From: Bacteroidales bacterium
GTDB lineage: Bacteria > Bacteroidota > Bacteroidia > Bacteroidales > JBBRXJ01
DNA length: 63,821 bases
Reading direction: 5' to 3'
NCBI GenBank assembly: GCA_038248505.1
Contig: JBBRXJ010000004.1
Location: 1 to 63,821, forward strand
A program made the position numbers and the translations under genes. Of this stretch, positions 9,070-18,713 are shown in pieces. How positions within the stretch are numbered: position 1 is the stretch's first letter; every line of letters starts with the position of its first letter. The notes below the pieces were generated by a model. It did not search any database and was not told where the DNA came from. It was given only the letters and a program-made list of their open reading frames with translations.

Positions 9070-10092
9070 TCAATGTTGCTCTACTTCTACGGAATTAATT
9101 TCAGTGTTGCCTTCATTTTTATTTGCATCACTTGCTGTATTGATATCCACTTCAGCTACTACCCATCCAACAACTTTTTTACGTTCACGCCTACTGCTTT
9201 TCCCGTCTGGTATTGGTAAGCCTGGCACTAAAGAACATTCGAGGAATATTTTTGTTGCTTGTACTTTATAAGTAGTTTCTGATGCTTCTTCTTCTGAAAT
9301 TATAGTTGTATTTTCAGGTAGTTTATCGGAAATGTTGCGTATGTCATTTTTAAAACTATCTTCACAGCAAAAGCCTGATATTTCTTTTTGAATGTTTTCA
9401 ATACCTATTTCGCAAGCATCTTTTTTAATTATGCTATTTTTTTTTGAAATTACTTTAACATTAATAATAGTAGGTACTTTAGCTAGAACTACCATCTCTT
9501 TTTCAAGGGTATTTTCTTTTTTTACGGTATCCTTAGTAAGGGATTCAGCAGATAAAATGTTAGCAGTATTTTCAATTCTATAAGAGTTGGTTTTTCTTGT
9601 ATTAAGAATAAGAAAAGCAACAAAAAAGGAAGCAGCAACCGCCAAGGATGTATACAAATAAAAGGCATTACCTTTCTTTTTAACAAATTTATTTAAACTT
9701 ATTTTATCTGGAAAGATAATATTAGTATTGGCTAAAACTTTTGTTTTGCTGTACTGGCTAAAGGTTTTCTCTGCCGCTGTATTATTTTTCAAATATCCGG
9801 CCCATGCTACATTCTGCTTAGCACTTAATAAACATTCCATTGCATGTAAACACCAAATATCAATATCTTTTGGATTTACACTAGTTCCGGTTATTTTTTT
9901 CAGTAAATATTTTTCAGAGAAAACAATGTTTGCTGGTTTAATAATAGTTTTAGTAAGGTCTTTTATTTGTTCAGCAATAGTAGGATTGGCAAGTATAAAA
10001 GCAGCGAACTCCTCCTGAAGTGAGGGGTTCAGTTTGTTATCGATATAATCAATAACAAACGTTTCGTAATTATCTTTGCTAATGGTTTTCAT
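9070..10092 (-). CDS. Putative anti-sigma factor (single-pass membrane protein)
   Basis: It starts at ATG 10092, 17 nt after the ECF sigma gene. It has a cytoplasmic N-terminal helical part, one TM helix (LYTSLAVAASFFVAFLIL) and a novel C-terminal part. I see no FecR or zf-HC2 motif, so the call rests on gene order. Confidence 0.55.
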   Translation of the reverse strand: MKTISKDNYETFVIDYIDNKLNPSLQEEFAAFILANPTIAEQIKDLTKTIIKPANIVFSEKYLLKKITGTSVNPKDIDIWCLHAMECLLSAKQNVAWAGYLKNNTAAEKTFSQYSKTKVLANTNIIFPDKISLNKFVKKKGNAFYLYTSLAVAASFFVAFLILNTRKTNSYRIENTANILSAESLTKDTVKKENTLEKEMVVLAKVPTIINVKVISKKNSIIKKDACEIGIENIQKEISGFCCEDSFKNDIRNISDKLPENTTIISEEEASETTYKVQATKIFLECSLVPGLPIPDGKSSRRERKKVVGWVVAEVDINTASDANKNEGNTEINSVEVEQH

Positions 10093-10109
10093 ATGCAATG
10101 TTGCAAACT

Positions 10110-10595
10110 CTAAATAACATTATCCATTTTTCCAATAAATTCTTTTAAGAATGTACGGGCTCTAAATATATATACCTTTACTTGCGACTCATTCAAACTC
10201 GTTATTTCGCCAATTTCATCATACGAGTAGCCTTCATAGTCGCGTAATAAAATCACTGTTTTTTGTATTTCAGGAAGCTTACTAATGGCAAGCTCCAATA
10301 TTTCTTTTAAATCAGAATACTGCTTATTCGTGCTGAGATCTGATGGTTTTAGTGATTCCATTCCAGCTCTAAACTTATCTCGACGAATCATATCAATCAT
10401 ACCATGATATGCAACGGTAAAAAGATATGATTTAGCCTTTTCAAAGTCAACATTATCAATACGCACCCATAATTTCTCATAGGTATCTTGCACCACATCA
10501 CGAGCTTTATCTATGTCTTTAATGCTTTTTAATAAAAAACGATAAAGACCGTCGGAGTAATTCTCAACGCATTTGTTATATTCTTCTGCGTTCAT
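10110..10595 (-). CDS. RNA polymerase ECF-type sigma-70 factor
   Basis: 161 aa. Region 2 (DVVQDTYEKLW) and region 4 HTH (YSYDEIGEITSLNESQVKVYIFRAR). Confidence 0.9.
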   Translation of the reverse strand: MNAEEYNKCVENYSDGLYRFLLKSIKDIDKARDVVQDTYEKLWVRIDNVDFEKAKSYLFTVAYHGMIDMIRRDKFRAGMESLKPSDLSTNKQYSDLKEILELAISKLPEIQKTVILLRDYEGYSYDEIGEITSLNESQVKVYIFRARTFLKEFIGKMDNVI

Positions 10596-10653
10596 GGGCA
10601 GATTTGTTTATGAGACGTGTGAATACTAAAGAAAGTTACAAGGAGGGATTTTT

Positions 10654-11448
10654 TTATTTACTTAAGAAAAGAGTGCCAATATTCTCTCCTGCAAGTAATT
10701 GAGTTATTTGTTTGGGTTCCTGACCATTCATTATAATAGTAGGAATACCAGCTAGCCCACATATTTTTGCGGCAGCAATTTTAGTTGCCATTCCGCCTTT
10801 TGCAAATATGCTACCCGCTCCTGAAGCCATTTTTTCAATAGCAGGAGTAATTTTTTCGACCTTATTAATAATTACAGCATTTTTATCTTTTCTGGGATCA
10901 GCAGAATACAATCCGTCAATATCACTTAGAATTACTAAAAGCTCGGCGTCAATTAATGCAGCCACATCTGCAGATAAGCGATCGTTATCACCATATTCAA
11001 TTTCATCAGTAGCAACGGTATCGTTTTCGTTTATTACTGGTAAAACATTCATTTCCAGTAGGGTATCTAAGGTATTGCGTGCGTTTTTGCTTTTTGTTTT
11101 GTGTGTCATTTCGTCTTTGGTGAGAAGAATTTGAGCAACATGCTGATTGTATTCGCCAAAGAATTTCTGATATATTTTCATTAACTCGGCCTGTCCAATT
11201 GCAGCTAAGGCTTGCTTTTCGGCCAGGGTACCTGGTTTACTCGTACGATTAACTATGGTTGCACCAACTGCAATGGCTCCTGATGAAACTAAAACAATTT
11301 CTTTTCCACTATTCATCAAATCACTAATTACACGGGCTAATTTTTCAAAACGATCAAAATTGAGCTTACCCCCACTATGTGTTAGTGTTGATGTTCCAAT
11401 TTTAATGACCATTCTGCTAATGTTTTTTATCTTTGCTCGATCTTTCAT
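10654..11448 (-). CDS. proB: Glutamate 5-kinase (short form without PUA domain)
   Basis: 264 aa with VIKIGTSTLT, VLVSSGAIAVG and PVINENDTVATDEIEYGDNDRLSA, collinear with ProB and unlike ArgB. Confidence 0.88.
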   Translation of the reverse strand: MKDRAKIKNISRMVIKIGTSTLTHSGGKLNFDRFEKLARVISDLMNSGKEIVLVSSGAIAVGATIVNRTSKPGTLAEKQALAAIGQAELMKIYQKFFGEYNQHVAQILLTKDEMTHKTKSKNARNTLDTLLEMNVLPVINENDTVATDEIEYGDNDRLSADVAALIDAELLVILSDIDGLYSADPRKDKNAVIINKVEKITPAIEKMASGAGSIFAKGGMATKIAAAKICGLAGIPTIIMNGQEPKQITQLLAGENIGTLFLSK

Positions 11449-11455
11449 GCTCGAT

Positions 11456-12799
11456 TTATTTTATAGGTAGCAGTAATTTCTCAAAAGCTTTTTCAGCTTT
11501 AGTAAAACCAAATTCTTTTTTTACTTTGTTAAATTTACTTTTTATTTTATCGTTGCAAAGATTGCCTATGCTGCCTTCGTGAGTGTGATGTATTTTGTAA
11601 TCGGGTTTAAATGAACCTTCTTTAATATCTTCAGCAACCTGTCGGTAGGCATCGCGAAATGATATGCCTTTTAACACCAATTTATTCACCTCTTCAACGC
11701 TGAACATATAGATATACTTCGCATCGGCTCCAGCTTTTTTATTTATTTTAATATGATGAAACATGAGTTGCGCCATTTGCAAGCAATCAATAAGATCATC
11801 AAAAGCGGGCATTATAATTTCTTTAATAATTTGTAAATCTCGATGATAGCCTGCTGGCAAGTTTCCTGTTATCATGCTAATCTCCGTAGGTAATGCTTGA
11901 AGGCGATTTCCTTTTGAGCGTATCAATTCAAAAACATCAGGATTTTTTTTATGCGGCATAATACTAGAGCCAGTAGTTAGTTCATCGGGAAAACTAACAA
12001 AACCGTAGTTCTGACTCATATATAAACAAACATCCATTGACATTTTGGCTAGGGTAGAGCCCACTGAAGCAAGTGCAACAGCCGAAGCTCGTTCACTTCG
12101 ACCGCGACCTAATTGTGCATTAATAACATTATAATTTAAAACTGAGAAGCCTAAAAGATCAGTGGTCATCTGTCGTTTTAATGGAAAAGAAGAGCCATAG
12201 CCCGCAGCACTGCCAAGCGGATTTTGGTCAGCAATGCGATATGCAGCAAGCAACATCTGCATATCCTCCACTAAACATTCGGCATAAGCACCAAACCACA
12301 ACCCAAATGATGAGGGCATTGCAACCTGAAAATGCGTATAGCCTGGCATCAATACCTCACGGTGTTTATTACTCAGTTGTTGCAATAAAGAAAAAAGTTT
12401 TTCGGTTTCTAATGTAACATCTTGTAATTTTGCCCTCAGATATAATTTCATGTCCACTAAAACCTGATCGTTACGAGATCGGCCACTATGTATCTTTTTT
12501 CCTGCTTCACCAAGCTTGCGCGTGAGCATCAGTTCTATTTGTGAATGAACATCTTCAACTCCATCTTCAATAATGAAGTGTCCTTTTTCTGTTTCTTTAT
12601 AAATATGAATTAGCTCTTTGGTTAAGGTTTTTAGCTCACTTTGCGTTAACAAACCAATAGAGGCGATCATGCGTGCATGTGCCAAATTACCAAGTATATC
12701 AAAGCGTGCAAGCTGTAAATCAAATTCACGATCGCGACCAACCGTGAATTTTTCAACGGGCTTGTTAACTTCAATTCCTTTATCCCAAAGCTTTTTCAT
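11456..12799 (-). CDS. argH: Argininosuccinate lyase
   Basis: 447 aa with the fumarate-lyase family signature GSSIMPHKKNPD. Confidence 0.95.
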   Translation of the reverse strand: MKKLWDKGIEVNKPVEKFTVGRDREFDLQLARFDILGNLAHARMIASIGLLTQSELKTLTKELIHIYKETEKGHFIIEDGVEDVHSQIELMLTRKLGEAGKKIHSGRSRNDQVLVDMKLYLRAKLQDVTLETEKLFSLLQQLSNKHREVLMPGYTHFQVAMPSSFGLWFGAYAECLVEDMQMLLAAYRIADQNPLGSAAGYGSSFPLKRQMTTDLLGFSVLNYNVINAQLGRGRSERASAVALASVGSTLAKMSMDVCLYMSQNYGFVSFPDELTTGSSIMPHKKNPDVFELIRSKGNRLQALPTEISMITGNLPAGYHRDLQIIKEIIMPAFDDLIDCLQMAQLMFHHIKINKKAGADAKYIYMFSVEEVNKLVLKGISFRDAYRQVAEDIKEGSFKPDYKIHHTHEGSIGNLCNDKIKSKFNKVKKEFGFTKAEKAFEKLLLPIK

Positions 12800-12805
12800 C
12801 GTTTA

Positions 12806-14050
12806 TTATAGATAAAATTTCTTTCCCATTTTTTTCATTAGTGCGCTGTATGTTCTTAGGCGAACTGCATTTATGCGAATAAATCCAGCACTGTCTTTTT
12901 GATCAAAACCGCCCTCAACATCCATGCTTGACAACTCTTTATCGTAAAGGCTACTTTCGGATTCGCGACCTTCCATTATAATATTTCCTTTATACAAACT
13001 TATATGAACGATACCATTTACGGTTATCTGGCTTTTTTCAATTGTATTGAGAATTAAGTCCATTTCAGGGCTAAACCAGAATCCATTATAAATTAAATTA
13101 GCAAAAGTAGGCGTTAGCATGTTGCGAATTTTTAGCACTTCACGATCCATTGTAATCCCCTCCAGATCCATGTGTGCAGCAATCAGAATGGCACCACCTG
13201 GTGTTTCATACACGCCACGTGATTTAAGTCCTACAAAGCGATTCTCAACCATATCAACCAAACCAATACCATTCTCACCTCCAATTTTATTGAGGTAATT
13301 AAAAATATCGAGTGCATTCTTTTTGGTCGTTTTATCATCCTTGTTAATCACTTTAACCGGAATACCTTCCTTAAAGTGAATTTCAAGATGTGTTTCACGG
13401 TCAGGGGCTTTTTGAGGAGGAACCATTTTGGTTAAAATACTTGGGTCCGCTTTAAAATTAGGATCCTCCAAAATGCCTGCTTCGTGACTGATATGCATTA
13501 AATTATCATCTTCACTATAGGGTTTCTTCAGCGTTTGTTTTACGGGTATATTATTTTCTTCGGCATATTTTAATAAGTCGGTACGACCTTTAAATTTATC
13601 AAGAAACTCTTGTGTTTTCCATGGTGCAATCACTTTAACTCCAGGCATTAAAGCGTAATAGCCTAATTCAAAACGCACCTGATCATTTCCTTTACCGGTA
13701 GCACCATGAGCCACATAAGCCGCCTTTTCGCGAAGCGCAATTTCAACGTGTCTCTTTGCAATAATTGGGCGGGCAAGTGCAGTACCAAGCATATATCGTC
13801 CTTCATATAAGGCGTTTCCTTGAATAGCAGGGAAAATATAATCTTTCACCAATTCCTCTTTCAAATCCTCAATAAAAACCTTGGTAGCCCCCAACTTCAA
13901 AGCTTTTTCACGAGCTTCTTCAAAATTTTCATCTTGGCCAACATCGGCAATATACGCAATAATGTCATATCCTTTATCAATCAACCATTTAAGAATTACT
14001 GAGGTGTCTAAACCGCCACTATAGGCCAGTACTACTTTTTCTTTACTCAT
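12806..14050 (-). CDS. argG: Argininosuccinate synthase
   Basis: 414 aa with AYSGGLDTS and [13 protein letters not shown]. Confidence 0.97.
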   Translation of the reverse strand: MSKEKVVLAYSGGLDTSVILKWLIDKGYDIIAYIADVGQDENFEEAREKALKLGATKVFIEDLKEELVKDYIFPAIQGNALYEGRYMLGTALARPIIAKRHVEIALREKAAYVAHGATGKGNDQVRFELGYYALMPGVKVIAPWKTQEFLDKFKGRTDLLKYAEENNIPVKQTLKKPYSEDDNLMHISHEAGILEDPNFKADPSILTKMVPPQKAPDRETHLEIHFKEGIPVKVINKDDKTTKKNALDIFNYLNKIGGENGIGLVDMVENRFVGLKSRGVYETPGGAILIAAHMDLEGITMDREVLKIRNMLTPTFANLIYNGFWFSPEMDLILNTIEKSQITVNGIVHISLYKGNIIMEGRESESSLYDKELSSMDVEGGFDQKDSAGFIRINAVRLRTYSALMKKMGKKFYL

Positions 14051-14249
14051 ATCGTCTGTATTTGTTGTTTATATAGCTTTTAATGCCAACAAACTTACAT
14101 AAAAAAGACAATTCTAGCTATAAAATCAAAGGATTAGGCAAAAAAAACACAAAATAGGGCTCTAAAATAGACCTTACAAATCAGTCTAAATCTTTTGTAT
14201 ATTCACTTTTTTTTTATTAATTGCATGGTATATAAACGGTCGGTTAATT

Positions 14250-15149
14250 ATGTTTAGAATGAATTTTATATTCCGCATTGTTTTCTTTCTGCTTTTTTAT
14301 TTTTTTTTCGCATGCACAGATGTGTCAAAAAGAAGCAGAGAGGATGATTTATTAAATATTGATATTGATTCAAGTTCAATTTTGTTGATGTATAAAACAT
14401 CTTGTTTTAGTCTTCCTTCACCACATCAAGCATCATTATTGATAAAAAATAACGATATCCCTTTCCGAAAAGACTTGATGAATTCAGTAAATAATTATTC
14501 ACGCTACTCAACAACCATAAAAAAAGCACTTAACTTGGGCATATATGGTACTGATATGGGCTATTTAAATATTTTTGGCAAGAATCAGGATGCCCTTACA
14601 AATTTTATGGTAATTGAAAAACTTGGTCATGATCTGGAGTTATCCAGTGCCATTAATGAAAATACACTGCAACGAATAGAAACCAATTTGAGCAACAATG
14701 ATTCGATATTAAATATCATTTCAAGCACTTATAAAGAAATGGACCAATATTTAATTGAAAACAACCGTGATGCAATTGGTATCTTAATACTTGCTGGTGG
14801 ATGGATTGAGAGCATGTATATTTTAACACAAAGCCAGAATGAAAATTTCTCTCAGGTTTTAGTTGATAATATTGGCAAACAAAAATACCCACTTGATAAA
14901 CTCATCAAACTAATGGCTCCTTATTATGAGCAGTCAGAAGAATTTACCCATTTAATAGATATGCTCACCGATTTAGCTTACGAATTTGATTGCTTAGATG
15001 TAGAGTATATTTATAAAAAATCGGATGTTTATCCGGAAAAGAAATTAACCGTAATAAATGGCCACTCAAGTTTGCAACTTAACAATTACAAAATTTCAAA
15101 AATTCTTGAGAAGGTAGCACTTTTAAGAAATAATATTATTAGCCAATGA
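14250..15149 (+). CDS. Hypothetical lipoprotein (mostly helical)
   Basis: 299 aa with a lipobox signal FFFFAC and no motif I recognise. It is the first gene of a tightly packed four-gene + strand cluster. Confidence 0.6.
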   Translation: MFRMNFIFRIVFFLLFYFFFACTDVSKRSREDDLLNIDIDSSSILLMYKTSCFSLPSPHQASLLIKNNDIPFRKDLMNSVNNYSRYSTTIKKALNLGIYGTDMGYLNIFGKNQDALTNFMVIEKLGHDLELSSAINENTLQRIETNLSNNDSILNIISSTYKEMDQYLIENNRDAIGILILAGGWIESMYILTQSQNENFSQVLVDNIGKQKYPLDKLIKLMAPYYEQSEEFTHLIDMLTDLAYEFDCLDVEYIYKKSDVYPEKKLTVINGHSSLQLNNYKISKILEKVALLRNNIISQ

Positions 15150-15568
15150 TAAAGAGATTTATTTTATTTTTCTGCTTTATTTCAATTCTAGTAGAAAGCT
15201 TTTCGCAGGTTCAATCACGTTCTGATTGCGAAAAATTGATTACGCCTGCTTATTATTATAATGATCAGGATTATCTTGTTAAGATTTCACAAAATGAAAA
15301 GGCAAGTTTTCATGTAACATTTTACGAAAATTTTCAATATCGTTTAGTAGCTTGTAATAAGCTTAAAAATTCACGTGTTGAGGTAACTTTAATTGACCCA
15401 AATAATAATATTTTGTATTCAAATATAGATTATGATTATACACAGGTATGGGATTTTCAATTTACTTCCACTATTGAATGTGTAGTAAAGATGGCTGTAG
15501 TTGGTAATGAGAAATTTGATAAAACAGAACTTTCTTTGTTAGTAGGATATAAGTCTTTTTCAAAATAA
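15146..15568 (+). CDS. Small secreted hypothetical protein
   Basis: 140 aa with a signal peptide (ILFFCFISILVESFSQ). The start overlaps the upstream stop (ATGA), which suggests translational coupling. Confidence 0.55.
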   Translation: MIKRFILFFCFISILVESFSQVQSRSDCEKLITPAYYYNDQDYLVKISQNEKASFHVTFYENFQYRLVACNKLKNSRVEVTLIDPNNNILYSNIDYDYTQVWDFQFTSTIECVVKMAVVGNEKFDKTELSLLVGYKSFSK

Positions 15569-15574
15569 TGAGAT

Positions 15575-18500
15575 ATGAGTGAGAAGATATTAAAAGCGCT
15601 GATGCAATTGTTTGCCATTATTGCATCACCAGATAGCAACCCAGAGGAGAAAAAGGCAATAGTAGAGTCTTATCTTCGAAAACAAATCAATGAAGATCTT
15701 GTTAACGAGTATTTGAAGATATTTGAGAATTATTATCGTTTATATCAGGAGAAACAACGAGAGAAGGGGAACCGAATGATTCCTCTCAGTTCCGTTCGTG
15801 TTTTAAAAATTTGTACCGAAATTAATGAAGAGTTAACCCAACAACAAAAAGTAATTGTATTAGTTCAATTACTCGAGTTTGCCAAATCAGACGATGATAC
15901 GGTACAAGATCTTACCGAACAAGAAATGGAGTTTATCTCCACTGTGGCCGATACATTTTTCATAACAAAAGAAAATTATGAGCAAATACGTGACTTTGTA
16001 GTTTACTCATTTGATCAAGTTCCTATAAACCATAACACACTCATTATTGAGAGTAAAATTGATGACCGCCCAGTAGGTACAAAATTTATTTATGCTGAAA
16101 ATTTGGAAGGACAAATTCGTGTACTCTTCGTAGATTCAGCGAATATGTACCTCATCAAGTATATTGGAAACTCTGAAATTTACCTCAATAGTCAGTTACT
16201 TCATGCCGATCGTGTTTCCGCATTTAAAACAGGTTCATCTATACGTAATCGTTTAATAAAGCCTATTTATTATAGTGAGGTAATAAGCTCTTTTAACGAA
16301 AATAAATTAAAATCGAAAATAGTTTTTGAGGTACAAGACTTACAATATAAGTTTAAAGATGGTAAGCATGGTTTGTACAATATTAATTTTATTGAAGAAT
16401 CAGGGCATTTAGTTGGAATTATGGGTGCAAGTGGGTCAGGTAAATCAACTTTACTAAACACACTTAATGGAACCAATAAACCATCAGGGGGTGCAATTTT
16501 GGTTAATGGAGTTAATGTACATACTGAGCATGAGAAGGCTGAGGGCCTAGTGGGTCACGTACCACAAGATGATTTGCTAATTGAAGAATTAACGGTTTAC
16601 CAAAACCTTTATTATAACGCTAAACTTTGTTTCGATAATTATAACGAAGAACAGATAATACAAGCTGTTGCAGATACCTTAAAAAATCTGGGCCTATATG
16701 AGATTCGAAATATACAAGTAGGGAATCCGCTTAATCAAAAAATTAGTGGTGGACAGCGTAAACGATTAAACATTGCCTTGGAGCTTATTCGCGAACCAGC
16801 TATTCTTTTCCTTGATGAACCTACGAGTGGTTTATCATCGCGAGATTCAGAGAATATTATGGACTTACTAAAAGAGTTGGCCCTAAAGGGAAAATTAATT
16901 TTTGTAGTAATTCATCAACCATCATCAGATATCTTTAAGATGTTTGATAGCCTATTAATTCTTGATACTGGAGGATATCTTATTTATGATGGAAATCCAA
17001 TTGACTCCATCATATATTTTAAATCACGCGTACATCATGCCAATTGGAACGAAAGCGAGTGTCATGTTTGTGGTAATGTAAACCCAGAACAAATTTTTAA
17101 TATAATTGAAGCGAATGTTGTTGATGAGTATGGTAACTTAACACATACCCGTAAAATTAGTCCTAAGGAGTGGGTAAAGTTCTATGATGAGTTTACCAAA
17201 GAAAAGGAGCGCGATGAAGAAACCCCACGCGAATTGCCTGCAATAAACTTTAGAATACCAGGCAAACTTAGGCAGTTTCTGATCTTCATGAAACGTGACA
17301 TGCTTTCGAAACTGACCAATACGCAATACTTGGTAATTAATTTTTTTGAGGCACCTTTCCTTGCCTTTTTACTAGCTTTTATTATTAAGTACTACGATAA
17401 AAACGATGAATTAGGATATAGCTTTTTTGAGAATGAAAATATTCCGGTTTATATTTTCATGTCGGTAATTGTTTCCATATTTATCGGTTTAACAGTAAGT
17501 GCAGAGGAGATCATAAAAGACAGAAAGATTCTTAAACGAGAAGCTTTTCTTAATTTAAGTTGGTCTAGCTATCTACTCTCTAAAATTGCTAACTTATTAA
17601 TTATATCAGCTATTCAGGCTTTCACTTTTGTAATGGTTGGAAATTCGGTTATTGAATTACGCGACATGTATTGGCAATTTTGGTTGGTCCTATTTAGTGC
17701 ATGGGCCTCATCAAATATACTTGGCCTTATTATTTCTGATAGTTTTAAGACGGTAGTTACGATATATATTATTATTCCATTTTTGGTTATTCCACAACTA
17801 GTTCTTAGCGGGGTAATGGTGAAGTTTGAAAGATTAAACCCAAATATTTCATCGCCAAAAGAGATTCCGTTTTATGGTGAAATAATAACGGCACGCTGGG
17901 GTTATGAAGCATTAGCTACGTATCAGTTTATGGAAAATGACTACGAGAAACAATTTTATAATCTCGAGAAGGCCATGTCAAAAGCGGAGTACAAGAAAAA
18001 CTATTGGATACCCGCATTAAAGAATAAGATGAGTTTTATTGAACGCAACTTAAATAATACAAATCAACAAGAGAAAGTAGCTGCAGATTTAAAGTTGGTA
18101 TTGAATGAGATAAGTAAAGAGATGCGCGATAATAAACTCGTGAAATTTACTTACATGAAAATGTTAACCTCTGAAAAGTTAGGTCCTGATGTAATTGAAG
18201 GAGTGAATCTTTACTTTGAGATGTTGAATAAATATTACATTAAATTATACAATAAAGCCAACGATAGAAAAGATAAAATTGTATCGGAACAGCAACAAAC
18301 AAAGTTTGGTAAGTCGCTGTATATGGAAACCAAGCGAAAATACCACAACGATAAATTAGCCGAATTTCTGACAAACGCCAACGATATGCAACGAATTTTG
18401 GAATATAATGGGAATCTGATTCAGAAATTAAATCCCATATTTTACGATTCGCAGCACACATTTATGAAGGCACATTTTTATGCGCCTCGTAAACCATTCT

Positions 18501-18670
18501 TTGGAATTCAGGTAAGTACCTTTTGGTTTAATATTGGGGTAATTTGGATGATTTCCATTTTGATGTATATTGCCTTGTATTATAGACTTCTTAAGAAGGT
18601 GCTAGATTTTGGTGAACAAATAAGTACCAAAATTCAACCTCAAAATAAAAAGGTAATTATTAAAAAGTAG
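15575..18670 (+). CDS. ABCG-type (NBD-TMD) ABC transporter with ~250-aa TerB-like/FHA-like N-terminal extension and ~240-aa C-terminal extension
   Basis: 1031 aa. Walker A GASGSGKST (nt 16424-16450), signature ISGGQRKRLNIA, Walker B ILFLDEPTSG and VVIHQPS, followed by an ABC-2 type TMD. The N-terminus has two helical repeats like TerB (ALMQLFAIIASPD..EEKKAIVESYL; LVQLLEFAKSDDD..EQEMEFISTVA). A beta-rich FHA-like stretch follows. The C-terminus is a coiled coil plus a final TM helix. Confidence 0.85.
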   Translation: MSEKILKALMQLFAIIASPDSNPEEKKAIVESYLRKQINEDLVNEYLKIFENYYRLYQEKQREKGNRMIPLSSVRVLKICTEINEELTQQQKVIVLVQLLEFAKSDDDTVQDLTEQEMEFISTVADTFFITKENYEQIRDFVVYSFDQVPINHNTLIIESKIDDRPVGTKFIYAENLEGQIRVLFVDSANMYLIKYIGNSEIYLNSQLLHADRVSAFKTGSSIRNRLIKPIYYSEVISSFNENKLKSKIVFEVQDLQYKFKDGKHGLYNINFIEESGHLVGIMGASGSGKSTLLNTLNGTNKPSGGAILVNGVNVHTEHEKAEGLVGHVPQDDLLIEELTVYQNLYYNAKLCFDNYNEEQIIQAVADTLKNLGLYEIRNIQVGNPLNQKISGGQRKRLNIALELIREPAILFLDEPTSGLSSRDSENIMDLLKELALKGKLIFVVIHQPSSDIFKMFDSLLILDTGGYLIYDGNPIDSIIYFKSRVHHANWNESECHVCGNVNPEQIFNIIEANVVDEYGNLTHTRKISPKEWVKFYDEFTKEKERDEETPRELPAINFRIPGKLRQFLIFMKRDMLSKLTNTQYLVINFFEAPFLAFLLAFIIKYYDKNDELGYSFFENENIPVYIFMSVIVSIFIGLTVSAEEIIKDRKILKREAFLNLSWSSYLLSKIANLLIISAIQAFTFVMVGNSVIELRDMYWQFWLVLFSAWASSNILGLIISDSFKTVVTIYIIIPFLVIPQLVLSGVMVKFERLNPNISSPKEIPFYGEIITARWGYEALATYQFMENDYEKQFYNLEKAMSKAEYKKNYWIPALKNKMSFIERNLNNTNQQEKVAADLKLVLNEISKEMRDNKLVKFTYMKMLTSEKLGPDVIEGVNLYFEMLNKYYIKLYNKANDRKDKIVSEQQQTKFGKSLYMETKRKYHNDKLAEFLTNANDMQRILEYNGNLIQKLNPIFYDSQHTFMKAHFYAPRKPFFGIQVSTFWFNIGVIWMISILMYIALYYRLLKKVLDFGEQISTKIQPQNKKVIIKK

Positions 18671-18713
18671 TTTTGGTTTTGCTCTTATTTTTTTCTATTA
18701 ATCTTTGTTTACA

